Source: an uncultured Bacteroidales bacterium (GTDB lineage: Bacteria; Bacteroidota; Bacteroidia; Bacteroidales; TTA-H9). From it: DNA of 64,000 nt. Every line of letters starts with the position of its first letter. The first letter of the stretch is position 1. A program made the position numbers and the translations under genes. Shown here piece after piece: positions 48,228-57,692 of this stretch. The stretch spans positions 101,500 through 165,499 of the forward strand of contig CAYUII010000005.1 in assembly GCA_964444785.1 (NCBI GenBank), read 5' to 3'. Below the pieces are notes generated by a model. That model did not search any database. It was not told the DNA's origin and worked only from the letters and a program-made list of their open reading frames with translations.

Positions 48228-49004
48228 ATGATACTAGAATCCGGAACCGCAATAATGCCATTGTCTGTTATTCCTCCAATCTCATGGTTTGCTATTGTCT
48301 CTCTTTTTCATAGAATAGAACTTGAAGTTAAAGAGACTTATCCTAAACAGACTATCAGAAACCATTACTATTTAGCTACTGCTAATGGTACATTGAAATG
48401 CTCTATTCCTGTTTCAAAACCTAACGGGAACAAAACACGTACTGAGGAGGTACTCATCGGCCAAGAATCTTGGTCGCGAGTTCATTGGCGTGCCATAGAG
48501 TCGGCTTACTCTAATTCTGCCTATTTTATTCATTATGCCGATGAGATAAAAAGAATTTTCTCAGTCAATGCGGAAGAAACACTGGTAGATCTTGCCATTA
48601 GATCAAATCAGTACTTTATTAAGAGGTTTAATCTTCCTGTCGGATTAGGAGTCACTAAAATGTGGTCCCCATTTTCCTCCTTTCCTGACCTGCGTCTGTT
48701 GTTTTCCTCACAAGAACTGACAGTTCCTGTTTCATCGTATGAGGTTAATACCGGTCTTTTTCTGAAGAGAATAAAGCATGATACGGTATCAGCACTCTTA
48801 GTTCCCGGTCTTAGTCCCTCGCTTACCCCGATTTCACTAACTTTCTCCGCTTATTTCCAAAACTTTTCTGATAAGTATGGCTTTGTTGGAAATCTGTCGG
48901 TTTTGGATCTTCTCTTTAATCTTGGACCAGAATCTAGAGACTATCTTATTGCACTTGGAAGACAATTTGCTCAAATCTTTGATAGTAATGTCATCGACAA
49001 CTAA
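48228..49004 (+). CDS. WbqC family protein
   Basis: KQTIRNHY, LKCSIPV, HWRAIESAYSNSAYF, NLSVLDLLFNLGPES. Confidence 0.85.
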   Translation: MILESGTAIMPLSVIPPISWFAIVSLFHRIELEVKETYPKQTIRNHYYLATANGTLKCSIPVSKPNGNKTRTEEVLIGQESWSRVHWRAIESAYSNSAYFIHYADEIKRIFSVNAEETLVDLAIRSNQYFIKRFNLPVGLGVTKMWSPFSSFPDLRLLFSSQELTVPVSSYEVNTGLFLKRIKHDTVSALLVPGLSPSLTPISLTFSAYFQNFSDKYGFVGNLSVLDLLFNLGPESRDYLIALGRQFAQIFDSNVIDN

Positions 49005-49023
49005 TTCTTAAATCAATATCACT

Positions 49024-50157
49024 ATGAGTGAAGATCAACCAATCTGGCTCCTGCGAACAGTTGTAGTGTCGTTAGTTGGCTTTTTTATTGTTTTAGTAGG
49101 ATTATCAGTTCGTGCAAGTGTTGAGAATACAACTCTTATTTCATCAAGGACGCTGGAACAGGATAGTGGTATAATGTTAATTAGTCGTTTAGGAGTCTCT
49201 GGCGTTCTTGATGTATCACAACAAGGTTTAATGAAGACTCTCTTTGTAAAGGCTAAGCCAGGAGATACGTTGATGATCCCTAATGTTGTTCCTTCCTCTG
49301 GCTCATCCTTTGTCATGGCTTGTTGTGGTGAAGCGGGTTATCAATATGATTCAATTAATGGACTATTTCTGTTTATCCCTGCTTTCGTAGAGCCAAGTGA
49401 GTCGTATACTATTTCTTTTGAGGGAGAAAAGATTTCAAATGGAACTCCTGTGAAATTCAGAGCGTTTAATAGAACGGTAGGTAATAAATTAGTTTTCAGT
49501 CGGAGTATGGAGTTGCGGTTGCTTGGTAATGGAGACAATGATAACGTGGAATATGCTATCGCAGGGGCTAGTTTGCCCTATTTCCAAAAATACAATAAAC
49601 CATTGCTGATTTCCAAGACAACAACTGTGTACGCCCGTTTATTGTTGTCAAATGGAAAATACACTGGTTATTCTAAAATAGAGTTGATAAGATCAAACGA
49701 TGTAGTAGCAATAGATTGTAGTGCATCCCCATTATCAAAGAGTGTTGAAGAAGTCGATAATAGTTCTTTAATCGATAAGGATGTCTTGTTAAACTTAATG
49801 CTTAACGATACTTTACAACCGATAAATCATCGCACCTATGCTAGTTGGAAAGAGAAGGAGATGGTTCTAATCTTTGATAGAGCAACTTTAAAACCTTTTA
49901 ATGGGATTGATTTTTTGTTTTTAAAGAGTGAGCGTAAAGAGAGTATTGCCAGAATCTCTTTTTATCGTGATGATGGTTCTGTTATTAAAGGAGATTATTT
50001 ATATCAAGAAATGGATGGGTTGTTAAAGGTTAGATTTTGCCCAAATTCTGTTCAAGAGGTCAGATTTTTAAAGGCAAAGTTCTCCCGATCGTTGTGGCAA
50101 CAGGTTTTAGGAAGAAAAATGTTGTTTAGTATTGTTGGTATTTATATTTATCCGTAG
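49024..50157 (+). CDS. Hypothetical membrane-anchored protein with a chitobiase/FN3-associated-like domain
   Basis: N-terminal TM; VEYAIAG...YNKPLLISKTTTVYARLL resembles CHB_HEX C-terminal/FN3-associated motif. Confidence 0.5.
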   Translation: MSEDQPIWLLRTVVVSLVGFFIVLVGLSVRASVENTTLISSRTLEQDSGIMLISRLGVSGVLDVSQQGLMKTLFVKAKPGDTLMIPNVVPSSGSSFVMACCGEAGYQYDSINGLFLFIPAFVEPSESYTISFEGEKISNGTPVKFRAFNRTVGNKLVFSRSMELRLLGNGDNDNVEYAIAGASLPYFQKYNKPLLISKTTTVYARLLLSNGKYTGYSKIELIRSNDVVAIDCSASPLSKSVEEVDNSSLIDKDVLLNLMLNDTLQPINHRTYASWKEKEMVLIFDRATLKPFNGIDFLFLKSERKESIARISFYRDDGSVIKGDYLYQEMDGLLKVRFCPNSVQEVRFLKAKFSRSLWQQVLGRKMLFSIVGIYIYP

Positions 50158-50516
50158 ATAATAGATAATTTAGAACTTAGGACACCTGTATGTAAGTTTG
50201 AATCAAAAGGAATAGGTAGTTCGAAGCAAATGTTGATCTCTTTTGGACTTTTGAGATTATTAGTTTCGTCTTTTTATTCTCTGACCACGAGAATTGTTTA
50301 AAAATTAGGGCAATTAACATCTTGTTAACTTGCAATTGATCAATTTAGTTTATTATTTTTGCGAGTATTAATTCTAAACAAATCGATTTCAAAGATTGAA
50401 CTTGTTGATTATGTCAAATAGACAGCTAAAAGGGTAGCCCTTTTAGCCTTTAAAAAATGTATGTACCTGAACAACTGTTGATTTCTATTCTATTATCTAT
50501 AAATTTTCCTTTTGCT

Positions 50517-52622
50517 ATGAAGAAACAGAGACTTTTACTTCTTTTAGTACTTTTAGGTTTCAGCTTTAGCACATTTGCCGGTAATGTTGATATAACAACT
50601 GCTCGTAAAGCGGGTCAGAACTATTACAGCGCAAAAACAGCAACTGATAACCGTGCCAATTTGATTGACGAAGAGTTTGTTATTCAAGGTCAATCCGGCA
50701 ATAGTTGTTACATCTTTAATTTTGTTGATGGTGGTTTTGTAATCATTTCAGCAGAAGATACTTACAGTCCAGTGATGGGCTATTCTTTACATGGTAAGTA
50801 TGTAGCCGATAAAATGCCTGATGGTTTTAATTATTTGTTGAATAACTACAAGGGGATGGTTGATTATCTTAGAACCAATCCTACTGAAGCTTCCGCTGAA
50901 ATTAGTCAAGCATGGAATGCTCTAAAGAGTAATCGGGCAGCCACCTATCCTAAGAGTGGATCAAAGGGGGTTAATAACCTTATGATGTCAACCTGGAATC
51001 AGGATGATCCATATAACTATTTATGTCCTGAAGATCCAGCTGGTCCTGGTGGTCACGTTTATTCTGGATGCGTTGCTACAGCTATGAGTCAGGTTATGTT
51101 TTACTGGCGCTGGCCAGCTACCGGACAGGGGCAATCAAGTTATTATGCATCTGGCTATGGTACCTTATCTGCTAACTATGGTGCAACGGAATATCATTTT
51201 GATCGTATGGTGCACAATTCTGATAATAAGTTTAATTTTTACGATGCTCAGCTTCAGTCTCATGCTGGAATTTCTGTTCGTATGGGTTATGCTCCTGACG
51301 GATCGGGTGCTTTCTCATATAACGTACCTTCAGCAATGAAGTCATACTTCCGTTATGCTTCTGCTACTTACAAGGAGAGAACAGGTGTTGCCCAAGCTAC
51401 CTGGGAAAATCTTGTAAAGGGAGATTTAGATCAGAAAAAGGTGGTTTATTATAGTGGTCGTGATGTAGATAATGCTGGACATGCCTTTGTTTGCACTGGT
51501 TATAACGATGAAACCCCAACGCTGTTTTACTTTAACTTTGGATGGAGTGGTTCTGGTGATGGTTACTATTCAATAAATGATGTTGGTGGTTTCTTTAATA
51601 GCCAGGCAATGGTTTATCAAATCAGTCCGAATAGTGAATACCCAACTTCTGCTCCTGAATCAAGTGAATACACTAATATGGAAGGAACGATTGAAGATGG
51701 TAGCGGTCCTATTGCTAACTATTTAGCTAATAAAACAGCTAGTTATTTGATCAACCCACAGACCGCCTATGACTCAGTTACCAAGATTACTCTGAACTTT
51801 AAACGTTTTGACCTTGGCACGGGTGATCTATTGAAGATCTATGATGGAGGCGATGCAAATGCTACCTTAATTGGAACCTATGATGCTTCTAATGTTCCCT
51901 CTTCAATCACTTCGACTTCTAATAAGGTGTTTATGGTCTTCACCAGCGATGGTTCAAGTGAAGCTAATGGTTGGTTATGCGAATACACCTCTGTCGAGCC
52001 CATATGGTGTTCCTCTTCAAAGACTTTTACTGAGCCTACCGGTGTCATCAGCGATGGGTCTGGCTCATTCTATTACAAGGATAAAACTACTTGTATGTTT
52101 AAGATTAGTGTGCCTTATGCTTCTCAGATTACTATTAATTTCAACTATTTCGATACGGAAGCCGACAATGATATTTTAAAAATCATGAATGCTGCTGCCG
52201 GTAATCAGGTTGTTACTACTCTTAGTGGATCCTATTCAACTCCTCCCGCTCCAGTCGTTGTACCAAGTGGCAAAGCTACTTTGATGTTCCAGACGAATGA
52301 CAACACTCGTGCTAATGGTTGGGAAGTTAATTATGAAATTCTTAACGTTGGGGTTGAATCTCGTGATCTTCTGAGTAATTTCCGTCTATGGCCTAATCCT
52401 GTTAGTGATAACTTAAACATTGACTTTGATGTTGATAATAGCCAGAATTTCCAGTTAAAGTTAGTTGACTTAACAGGGAAGTCGCTCTATACTGAGCATG
52501 TTGCAAATTATAGTGGACATTATCAAACAGCTATTAGTGTAAAAAACCTATCCGCTGGTATCTATTTCATGGTTGTTACCGGTGATAAAGGAACCTTTAG
52601 TCGCAAAGTAATCGTTAAGTAA
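50517..52622 (+). CDS. C10 cysteine peptidase with I69 prodomain, CUB domains and T9SS CTD
   Basis: WNQDDPYN, SGCVATAMSQ, AGHAFVCTGY, YFNFGWSG; two CUB-like units; LWPNPV...GIYFM...RKVIVK; ATG 50517 preferred. Confidence 0.92.
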   Translation: MKKQRLLLLLVLLGFSFSTFAGNVDITTARKAGQNYYSAKTATDNRANLIDEEFVIQGQSGNSCYIFNFVDGGFVIISAEDTYSPVMGYSLHGKYVADKMPDGFNYLLNNYKGMVDYLRTNPTEASAEISQAWNALKSNRAATYPKSGSKGVNNLMMSTWNQDDPYNYLCPEDPAGPGGHVYSGCVATAMSQVMFYWRWPATGQGQSSYYASGYGTLSANYGATEYHFDRMVHNSDNKFNFYDAQLQSHAGISVRMGYAPDGSGAFSYNVPSAMKSYFRYASATYKERTGVAQATWENLVKGDLDQKKVVYYSGRDVDNAGHAFVCTGYNDETPTLFYFNFGWSGSGDGYYSINDVGGFFNSQAMVYQISPNSEYPTSAPESSEYTNMEGTIEDGSGPIANYLANKTASYLINPQTAYDSVTKITLNFKRFDLGTGDLLKIYDGGDANATLIGTYDASNVPSSITSTSNKVFMVFTSDGSSEANGWLCEYTSVEPIWCSSSKTFTEPTGVISDGSGSFYYKDKTTCMFKISVPYASQITINFNYFDTEADNDILKIMNAAAGNQVVTTLSGSYSTPPAPVVVPSGKATLMFQTNDNTRANGWEVNYEILNVGVESRDLLSNFRLWPNPVSDNLNIDFDVDNSQNFQLKLVDLTGKSLYTEHVANYSGHYQTAISVKNLSAGIYFMVVTGDKGTFSRKVIVK

Positions 52623-52642
52623 CGAAGGTTTATATAAATTTT

Positions 52643-52676
52643 AAGGGCAGACTTTATTATAAAGTCTGCCCTTTTT
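52643..52676 (+). terminator. Intrinsic terminator of the C10 peptidase gene
   Basis: AAGGGCAGACTTTA-TTA-TAAAGTCTGCCCTTTTT. Confidence 0.85.
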
Positions 52677-52746
52677 GTTATTTAACCAGATTGGATTTGT
52701 GGGAAGTGTCAATTTTACTCACAATCCTTTGTCTTATCTTTGCAGC

Positions 52747-54171
52747 ATGATTGATTTTAGTGGATTATTGAAGAATAAGGTATTCTCAATTATTAGTCAG
52801 GAGACAGCGGCTATGAATGCCCAAAGTTGGGTAATAGGTGGCTTCGTTAGAGATTTTATCCTTCGTCGTCCTTCAAAGGATGCCGATATTGTTATTTTAG
52901 GAGATGGGATTACTTTAGCAAGAAGAGTATCTGAAAGACTAGGTAAGAATGTCAAGGTGACTGTTTTTAAAAACTTTGGGACGGCGATGCTTCAGACTCC
53001 CGACGGCCTAGAGGTTGAGTTTGTTGGAGCGCGTAAAGAGAGTTATCATTTAGACTCAAGAAAACCCGAGGTTGCTCCGGGAACGCTTGAAGATGATCAG
53101 AACAGACGAGATTTTACGGTCAATGCCTTGGCTTTAAGTTTGAATAAAAGTGATTTTGGAGCCTTATCCGATCCTTTTGATGGAATTGGTGATATGGAGG
53201 CTCGATTATTACGTACCCCTTTAGATCCGGATATTACCTTTAGTGATGACCCTTTACGAATGATGCGTGCCGTCCGTTTTGCTGCACAACTTGATTATAC
53301 GATCCATCCTGAAACATTTGATGCTATTGGTCGGAATATTCATCGTATAGATATTGTCTCTAAGGAGCGAATTGCTGACGAGTTTAATAAACTCTTGATG
53401 GCTTCTAAACCCTCTGTGGGGCTCATGTGGATGGAACGCTCTGGTTTACTAGAGAAGATTCTTCCTGAAGTGTCAGGCCTAAAGGGGGCGCAATACATTG
53501 ATGGTAAGGGGCATAAAGATAATTTTATTCACACTCTTGAAGTGGTAGATAAAATAGCCACTATGACCGATAACCTATGGTTACGGTGGGCTGCTCTACT
53601 TCATGATATAGGTAAACCAGCTACAAAGCGTTTTCAATCTCCAACGGGTTGGACGTTTCATGGGCATGAGGTAGTGGGTAGCCGTATGGTGACTCAGTTG
53701 TTTAAACGAATGAAGCTTCCCTTAAACGAGAAATTAAAGTATGTTGAGAAGCTTGTCTTACTCCATCTGCGACCCATTGCATTAGTAGAGGAGAAAATCA
53801 CCGATTCTGCTTTACGTCGTCTAATCGTAGACGCCGCCGAGGATCTCGACGATCTTTTAACCCTTTGCAGCGCTGATATAACTTCTAAAAATGAGGCAAA
53901 GGTTAGAAAATATCAGGCAAACTTCGAAATGGTAAAAACTAAACTCATCGAGGTTGAAGAGAAAGATCATCTGAGAAATTGGCAACCCCCAATTAATGGA
54001 GAACTCATTATGGAAACCTTCGGGCTTCAGCCCTGCAAGGAGGTTGGAGTCATTAAAAATGTGATTAGGGAGGCTATTTTGGATTGTCAAATTGATAATA
54101 ACTTCGAGCAAGCCTTTGATCTAATGCTAAAGGAGGGAGCTAAATTGGGCCTGATGCCAGTAAAAAAATGA
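52747..54171 (+). CDS. cca: CCA tRNA nucleotidyltransferase (class II, with HD domain)
   Basis: IGGFVRD, KDADIV, RRDFTVNALA, DDPLRMMRAVRF, LLHDIGK; ATG 52747 lies just after TATCTTTG. Confidence 0.9.
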   Translation: MIDFSGLLKNKVFSIISQETAAMNAQSWVIGGFVRDFILRRPSKDADIVILGDGITLARRVSERLGKNVKVTVFKNFGTAMLQTPDGLEVEFVGARKESYHLDSRKPEVAPGTLEDDQNRRDFTVNALALSLNKSDFGALSDPFDGIGDMEARLLRTPLDPDITFSDDPLRMMRAVRFAAQLDYTIHPETFDAIGRNIHRIDIVSKERIADEFNKLLMASKPSVGLMWMERSGLLEKILPEVSGLKGAQYIDGKGHKDNFIHTLEVVDKIATMTDNLWLRWAALLHDIGKPATKRFQSPTGWTFHGHEVVGSRMVTQLFKRMKLPLNEKLKYVEKLVLLHLRPIALVEEKITDSALRRLIVDAAEDLDDLLTLCSADITSKNEAKVRKYQANFEMVKTKLIEVEEKDHLRNWQPPINGELIMETFGLQPCKEVGVIKNVIREAILDCQIDNNFEQAFDLMLKEGAKLGLMPVKK

Positions 54172-54240
54172 ACTACGGTTGTTGAAAAGGCATGGATAAA
54201 TGAAAAAATCTTTATATCTTTGCAGCCCACTTCAAACAAA

Positions 54241-54315
54241 GGGTTGTTAACTCAGTTGGTTTAGAGTGCCACCTTGACAGGGTGGAAGTCACTGGTTCGA
54301 GTCCAGTACAACCCA
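54241..54315 (+). tRNA. tRNA-Val (GAC); CCA not encoded
   Basis: Acceptor GGGTTGT/ACAACCC, D-arm ACTC/GAGT, anticodon stem CCACC/GGTGG with loop TT-GAC-AG, T-arm ACTGG-TTCGAGT-CCAGT; promoter TATCTTTG at 54215-54222. Confidence 0.97.
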
Positions 54316-54320
54316 CAATG

Positions 54321-54367
54321 AAACCTCGTTAATCTGATAATAGCAGATAACGAGGTTCTTTTTTTTT
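54321..54367 (+). terminator. Terminator after tRNA-Val
   Basis: AACCTCGTT...AACGAGGTT followed by a T-tract. Confidence 0.8.
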
Positions 54368-54377
54368 GATTGCTATT

Positions 54378-54413
54378 AAAAAAAGAAGCTGCTCTTAATT
54401 TAAGAGCAGCTTC
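54378..54413 (-). terminator. Terminator of the arcC-arcB operon
   Basis: GAAGCTGCTCTTA-ATT-TAAGAGCAGCTTC with a T-run on the minus strand. Confidence 0.8.
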
Positions 54414-54432
54414 ATATGTTTATAACATTGTG

Positions 54433-55434
54433 TTATGCGCCTAAAGTAGCTACCATAACAGCTTTAATGGTATGTAGACGGTTTTCAGCCTCATCAAAAA
54501 CGATAGACATTCCTGATTCGAAAACATCTTCAGTGACTTCCATAGATTCCAGTCCAAACTTCTGGTAGATATCTTCACCTACTACGGTTTCACGGTTGTG
54601 GAAAGCAGGTAGGCAGTGCATGAATTTTACTCTTGGGTTACCTGTAGCCTTCACAACCTTCATGTTGATTTGGTAAGGAGACAATAACTTAATTCTCTCT
54701 TCCCAGACCTCAGCGGGCTCACCCATTGATACCCAAACATCGGTATAGAGGAAATCGACGCTCTTAACACCCTCTTCAACCTTTTCCGTTAAAGTGATCT
54801 TAGCGCCTGTTTCCTTTGCAATTTCACGGCATTTAGAGACTAGTTCTTCTTCTGGCCAAAGATTTTTAGGAGCAACTGCTCTGAAGTCCATACCCATCTT
54901 AGCAGCGCCAACCATTAAAGAGTTACCCATGTTGTTACGAGCATCTCCTAAGTAGGCAAAAGCGATCTGGTGTAATGGCTTATCTGAATGTTCTTGCATG
55001 GTGAGGAAGTCAGCAAGAATCTGTGTTGGGTGAAACTCAGTTGTGAGCCCATTCCATACAGGAACACCAGCATATTTTCCTAAGGTCTCAACGATCTCTT
55101 GTGAATAGCCACGGTACTCAATGCCATCATACATGCGGCCAAGAACGCGAGCGGTATCTTTCATTGACTCTTTTTTGCCCATCTGTGAACCGGCAGGTCC
55201 AAGATAAGTAACATGAGCACCCTGGTCAAGGGCAGCTACTTCGAAGGCGCAACGTGTACGGGTTGAGTCTTTTTCGAAGAGGAGAACGATATTCTTTCCT
55301 TTTAATTTAGGCTGTTCTGTTCCAGCATACTTAGCAGCTTTAAGATCAGCTGAAAGTTGTAACATATAACGAATTTCAGCGGGGGTAAAATCCAGAAGTT
55401 TCAGGAAGTTACGGTTACGGAGATTAAATGCCAT
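54433..55434 (-). CDS. argF: Ornithine carbamoyltransferase (probably catabolic ArcB)
   Basis: [21 protein letters not shown] loop, HCLP; adjacent to carbamate kinase. Confidence 0.95.
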   Translation of the reverse strand: MAFNLRNRNFLKLLDFTPAEIRYMLQLSADLKAAKYAGTEQPKLKGKNIVLLFEKDSTRTRCAFEVAALDQGAHVTYLGPAGSQMGKKESMKDTARVLGRMYDGIEYRGYSQEIVETLGKYAGVPVWNGLTTEFHPTQILADFLTMQEHSDKPLHQIAFAYLGDARNNMGNSLMVGAAKMGMDFRAVAPKNLWPEEELVSKCREIAKETGAKITLTEKVEEGVKSVDFLYTDVWVSMGEPAEVWEERIKLLSPYQINMKVVKATGNPRVKFMHCLPAFHNRETVVGEDIYQKFGLESMEVTEDVFESGMSIVFDEAENRLHTIKAVMVATLGA

Positions 55435-55472
55435 ATTATACTTTAGTTTATGGTTATATAATTGAATTGAAA

Positions 55473-56417
55473 TTATTCAGCAAATATAACAGTTCCTGAG
55501 CCTTCTTTACCAAGTTCTGTGGCGGTTGTTATCATAGCCTCTTTTCCGCCATTCTCAACAAACTGAATACAAGCCATTACCTTAGGAGCCATACTCCCTG
55601 CAGCAAAGTGTCCTTCTGAATAGAGTTTCTTAGCTTCTGTCAAAGAGATTCTATTAAGAGCCTGCTCGTTTTCTTTTCTGTAGTTGATGTAGACCTTTGG
55701 TACATCAGTCAGAATGATAAACATGTCAGCATGAATTTGGGTAGCTAACAAACTTGATGCGAGATCTTTGTCGATTACGGCATCAATGCCCTGCAACTTA
55801 TTCTCTTTTACATAGAAAACAGGGATACCTCCACCACCAACAGTGATGATGATCTGCCCATCTCTTGCTAATTTCTCTATAGATTTAATGTTGTTAATTC
55901 TTACAGGCTTGGGAGAAGCTACGACTTTTCTCCATCCTCTGCCTCTTGGATCTTCAGCATAAGTTGATTTATTGTTGGCTGCGAGTCTATCTGCATCCTC
56001 TTTAGTGTAATATGGGCCAACCGGCTTTGTTGGATTTTGAAAAGCTGGGTCATTCTTATCGACGATAACTTGTGTTACCAATGTCAGAATGTCACGCTCC
56101 ATATTGTTCTCCTCAAGTACATTTCTAAGTTGTTGCTCCATCATATAACCAATAGAACCTTGTGTCTCTGCAACGCAAAAATCAATCGGTTGTGATGGTA
56201 TGCCAAACATCTTCTCGCCACCTTCGTGTTGAAGAAGTACATTCCCTACTTGTGGTCCATTCCCATGACCAAGAACGATATCATAATCATTTTTTAATAG
56301 AGGCAATAGGTGTTGACAGGTTTCGTAAACGTTTGCTTCCTGCTCATCAATGGTTCCTTTTTGATCACCACGAAGTAAGGCGTTCCCTCCGAAGGCTATA
56401 ACCGCTAATTTTTTCAT
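55473..56417 (-). CDS. arcC: Carbamate kinase
   Basis: [45 protein letters not shown]. Confidence 0.96.
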   Translation of the reverse strand: MKKLAVIAFGGNALLRGDQKGTIDEQEANVYETCQHLLPLLKNDYDIVLGHGNGPQVGNVLLQHEGGEKMFGIPSQPIDFCVAETQGSIGYMMEQQLRNVLEENNMERDILTLVTQVIVDKNDPAFQNPTKPVGPYYTKEDADRLAANNKSTYAEDPRGRGWRKVVASPKPVRINNIKSIEKLARDGQIIITVGGGGIPVFYVKENKLQGIDAVIDKDLASSLLATQIHADMFIILTDVPKVYINYRKENEQALNRISLTEAKKLYSEGHFAAGSMAPKVMACIQFVENGGKEAMITTATELGKEGSGTVIFAE

Positions 56418-56673
56418 AATTAATACTTAATAAGATGTAAATGTGATATAATTTTCTTAATAATACTATATAAACCCACCTCAGGAAAAAAGAAAAAAGG
56501 GTAAGAGCATCTGTTCTTATCCTTTCGCGCTTTCACTGCGGAGAGCACACAAAGCTATGAAGATTTCGTGAAACTTTCACTTTCTTATAAAAATTGTTTG
56601 CAATCGTTTGTGTTTATGATATTCTTGATAATTAGCAAACTGAATTACGAGTGACTGATAGTTTTCTTAAATA

Positions 56674-56702
56674 TGTAACCCATTAGATTAATTAGCGTCT
56701 CA
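56674..56702 (+). promoter_or_regulatory. ECF-type promoter upstream of the ABC/M1 operon
   Basis: TGTAAC-N16-CGTCTCA, close to the TGTAAC-N17-CGTCACA motif before the ECF sigma gene. Confidence 0.55.
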
Positions 56703-56816
56703 GAGTCAATTAAACCATGTCATTTTGAAACCAACACTACGAAAAGTAAATCTTTTCTTCAGTGATGTGACTCATAATCTAGCCAATTCTAATTGATCAT
56801 TAAACCTTTATCTCAG

Positions 56817-57689
56817 ATGCAACTAACAATTAGTGGTCTTAGCAAAACATATGCAAATGGCACCAGAGCTCTGCATGATGTTAATCTTACTATGAATACC
56901 GGAATGTTTGGCCTCGTTGGCCCCAATGGTGCCGGCAAGTCGACTTTGATGAGAACGTTAGCAACCTTGCAAGACGCTGACCAAGGGAGTGTCTTACTTG
57001 ACGAATTGGATGTCTTGAATGATAAAACCTCTGTCAGGAAGATATTAGGCTATCTGCCTCAAGAATTTGGCCTTTATCCTAAGGTGAATGCTGAGGTTTT
57101 GCTAAATCATATTGCTGAAATGAAAGGTATTGCCGCCAAAGCTGAACGAAAAGAGTTAGTCGATTGGTTGTTAAATAAGACCAATCTCTATCAGTTTAGA
57201 AAAAAGAATTTAGGCGGGTTCTCTGGTGGTATGAAGCAACGTTTTGGCATTGCCCAAGCGTTGATTGGAAATCCTAAACTGATTATTGTAGATGAACCTA
57301 CAGCAGGACTTGATCCGGCTGAAAGAAACCGATTCCATAATCTGCTTAGCGAGATTGGTGAGAATGTCATTGTTATTTTATCAACTCATATCATAGAAGA
57401 TGTGAAGAGTCTCTGCAACCAGATGGCCATTATCAATCTGGGTGAGGTATTATTACAAGGACATCCTGATGAGGTTATACAACAATTAAACGGCAAGGTT
57501 TGGCGAAAACTGATCAATAAGAGTGACCTTACTAATATGACAGGAATCGAGATCATTTCTTCAAGACTGTTAAGAGGAATGATTGAGGTAACCGTTGTCT
57601 CTGACACAATTCCGGATAGTGGTTTTGTTCAGGCTGAACCAGGCCTAGAGGATGTCTATTTTTCATACGTCAGAAACATAAATCAGTAA
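56817..57689 (+). CDS. ABC transporter ATP-binding protein
   Basis: Walker A GPNGAGKST, signature FSGGMKQR, Walker B IIVDEP, STH; ATG 56817 preferred. Confidence 0.95.
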   Translation: MQLTISGLSKTYANGTRALHDVNLTMNTGMFGLVGPNGAGKSTLMRTLATLQDADQGSVLLDELDVLNDKTSVRKILGYLPQEFGLYPKVNAEVLLNHIAEMKGIAAKAERKELVDWLLNKTNLYQFRKKNLGGFSGGMKQRFGIAQALIGNPKLIIVDEPTAGLDPAERNRFHNLLSEIGENVIVILSTHIIEDVKSLCNQMAIINLGEVLLQGHPDEVIQQLNGKVWRKLINKSDLTNMTGIEIISSRLLRGMIEVTVVSDTIPDSGFVQAEPGLEDVYFSYVRNINQ

Positions 57690-57692
57690 GCT

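Noticed and set aside
54241-54430. tRNA as an integration site for a genomic island
   Set aside because: No integrase or duplicated tRNA 3' end in the window; only terminators and arcB follow
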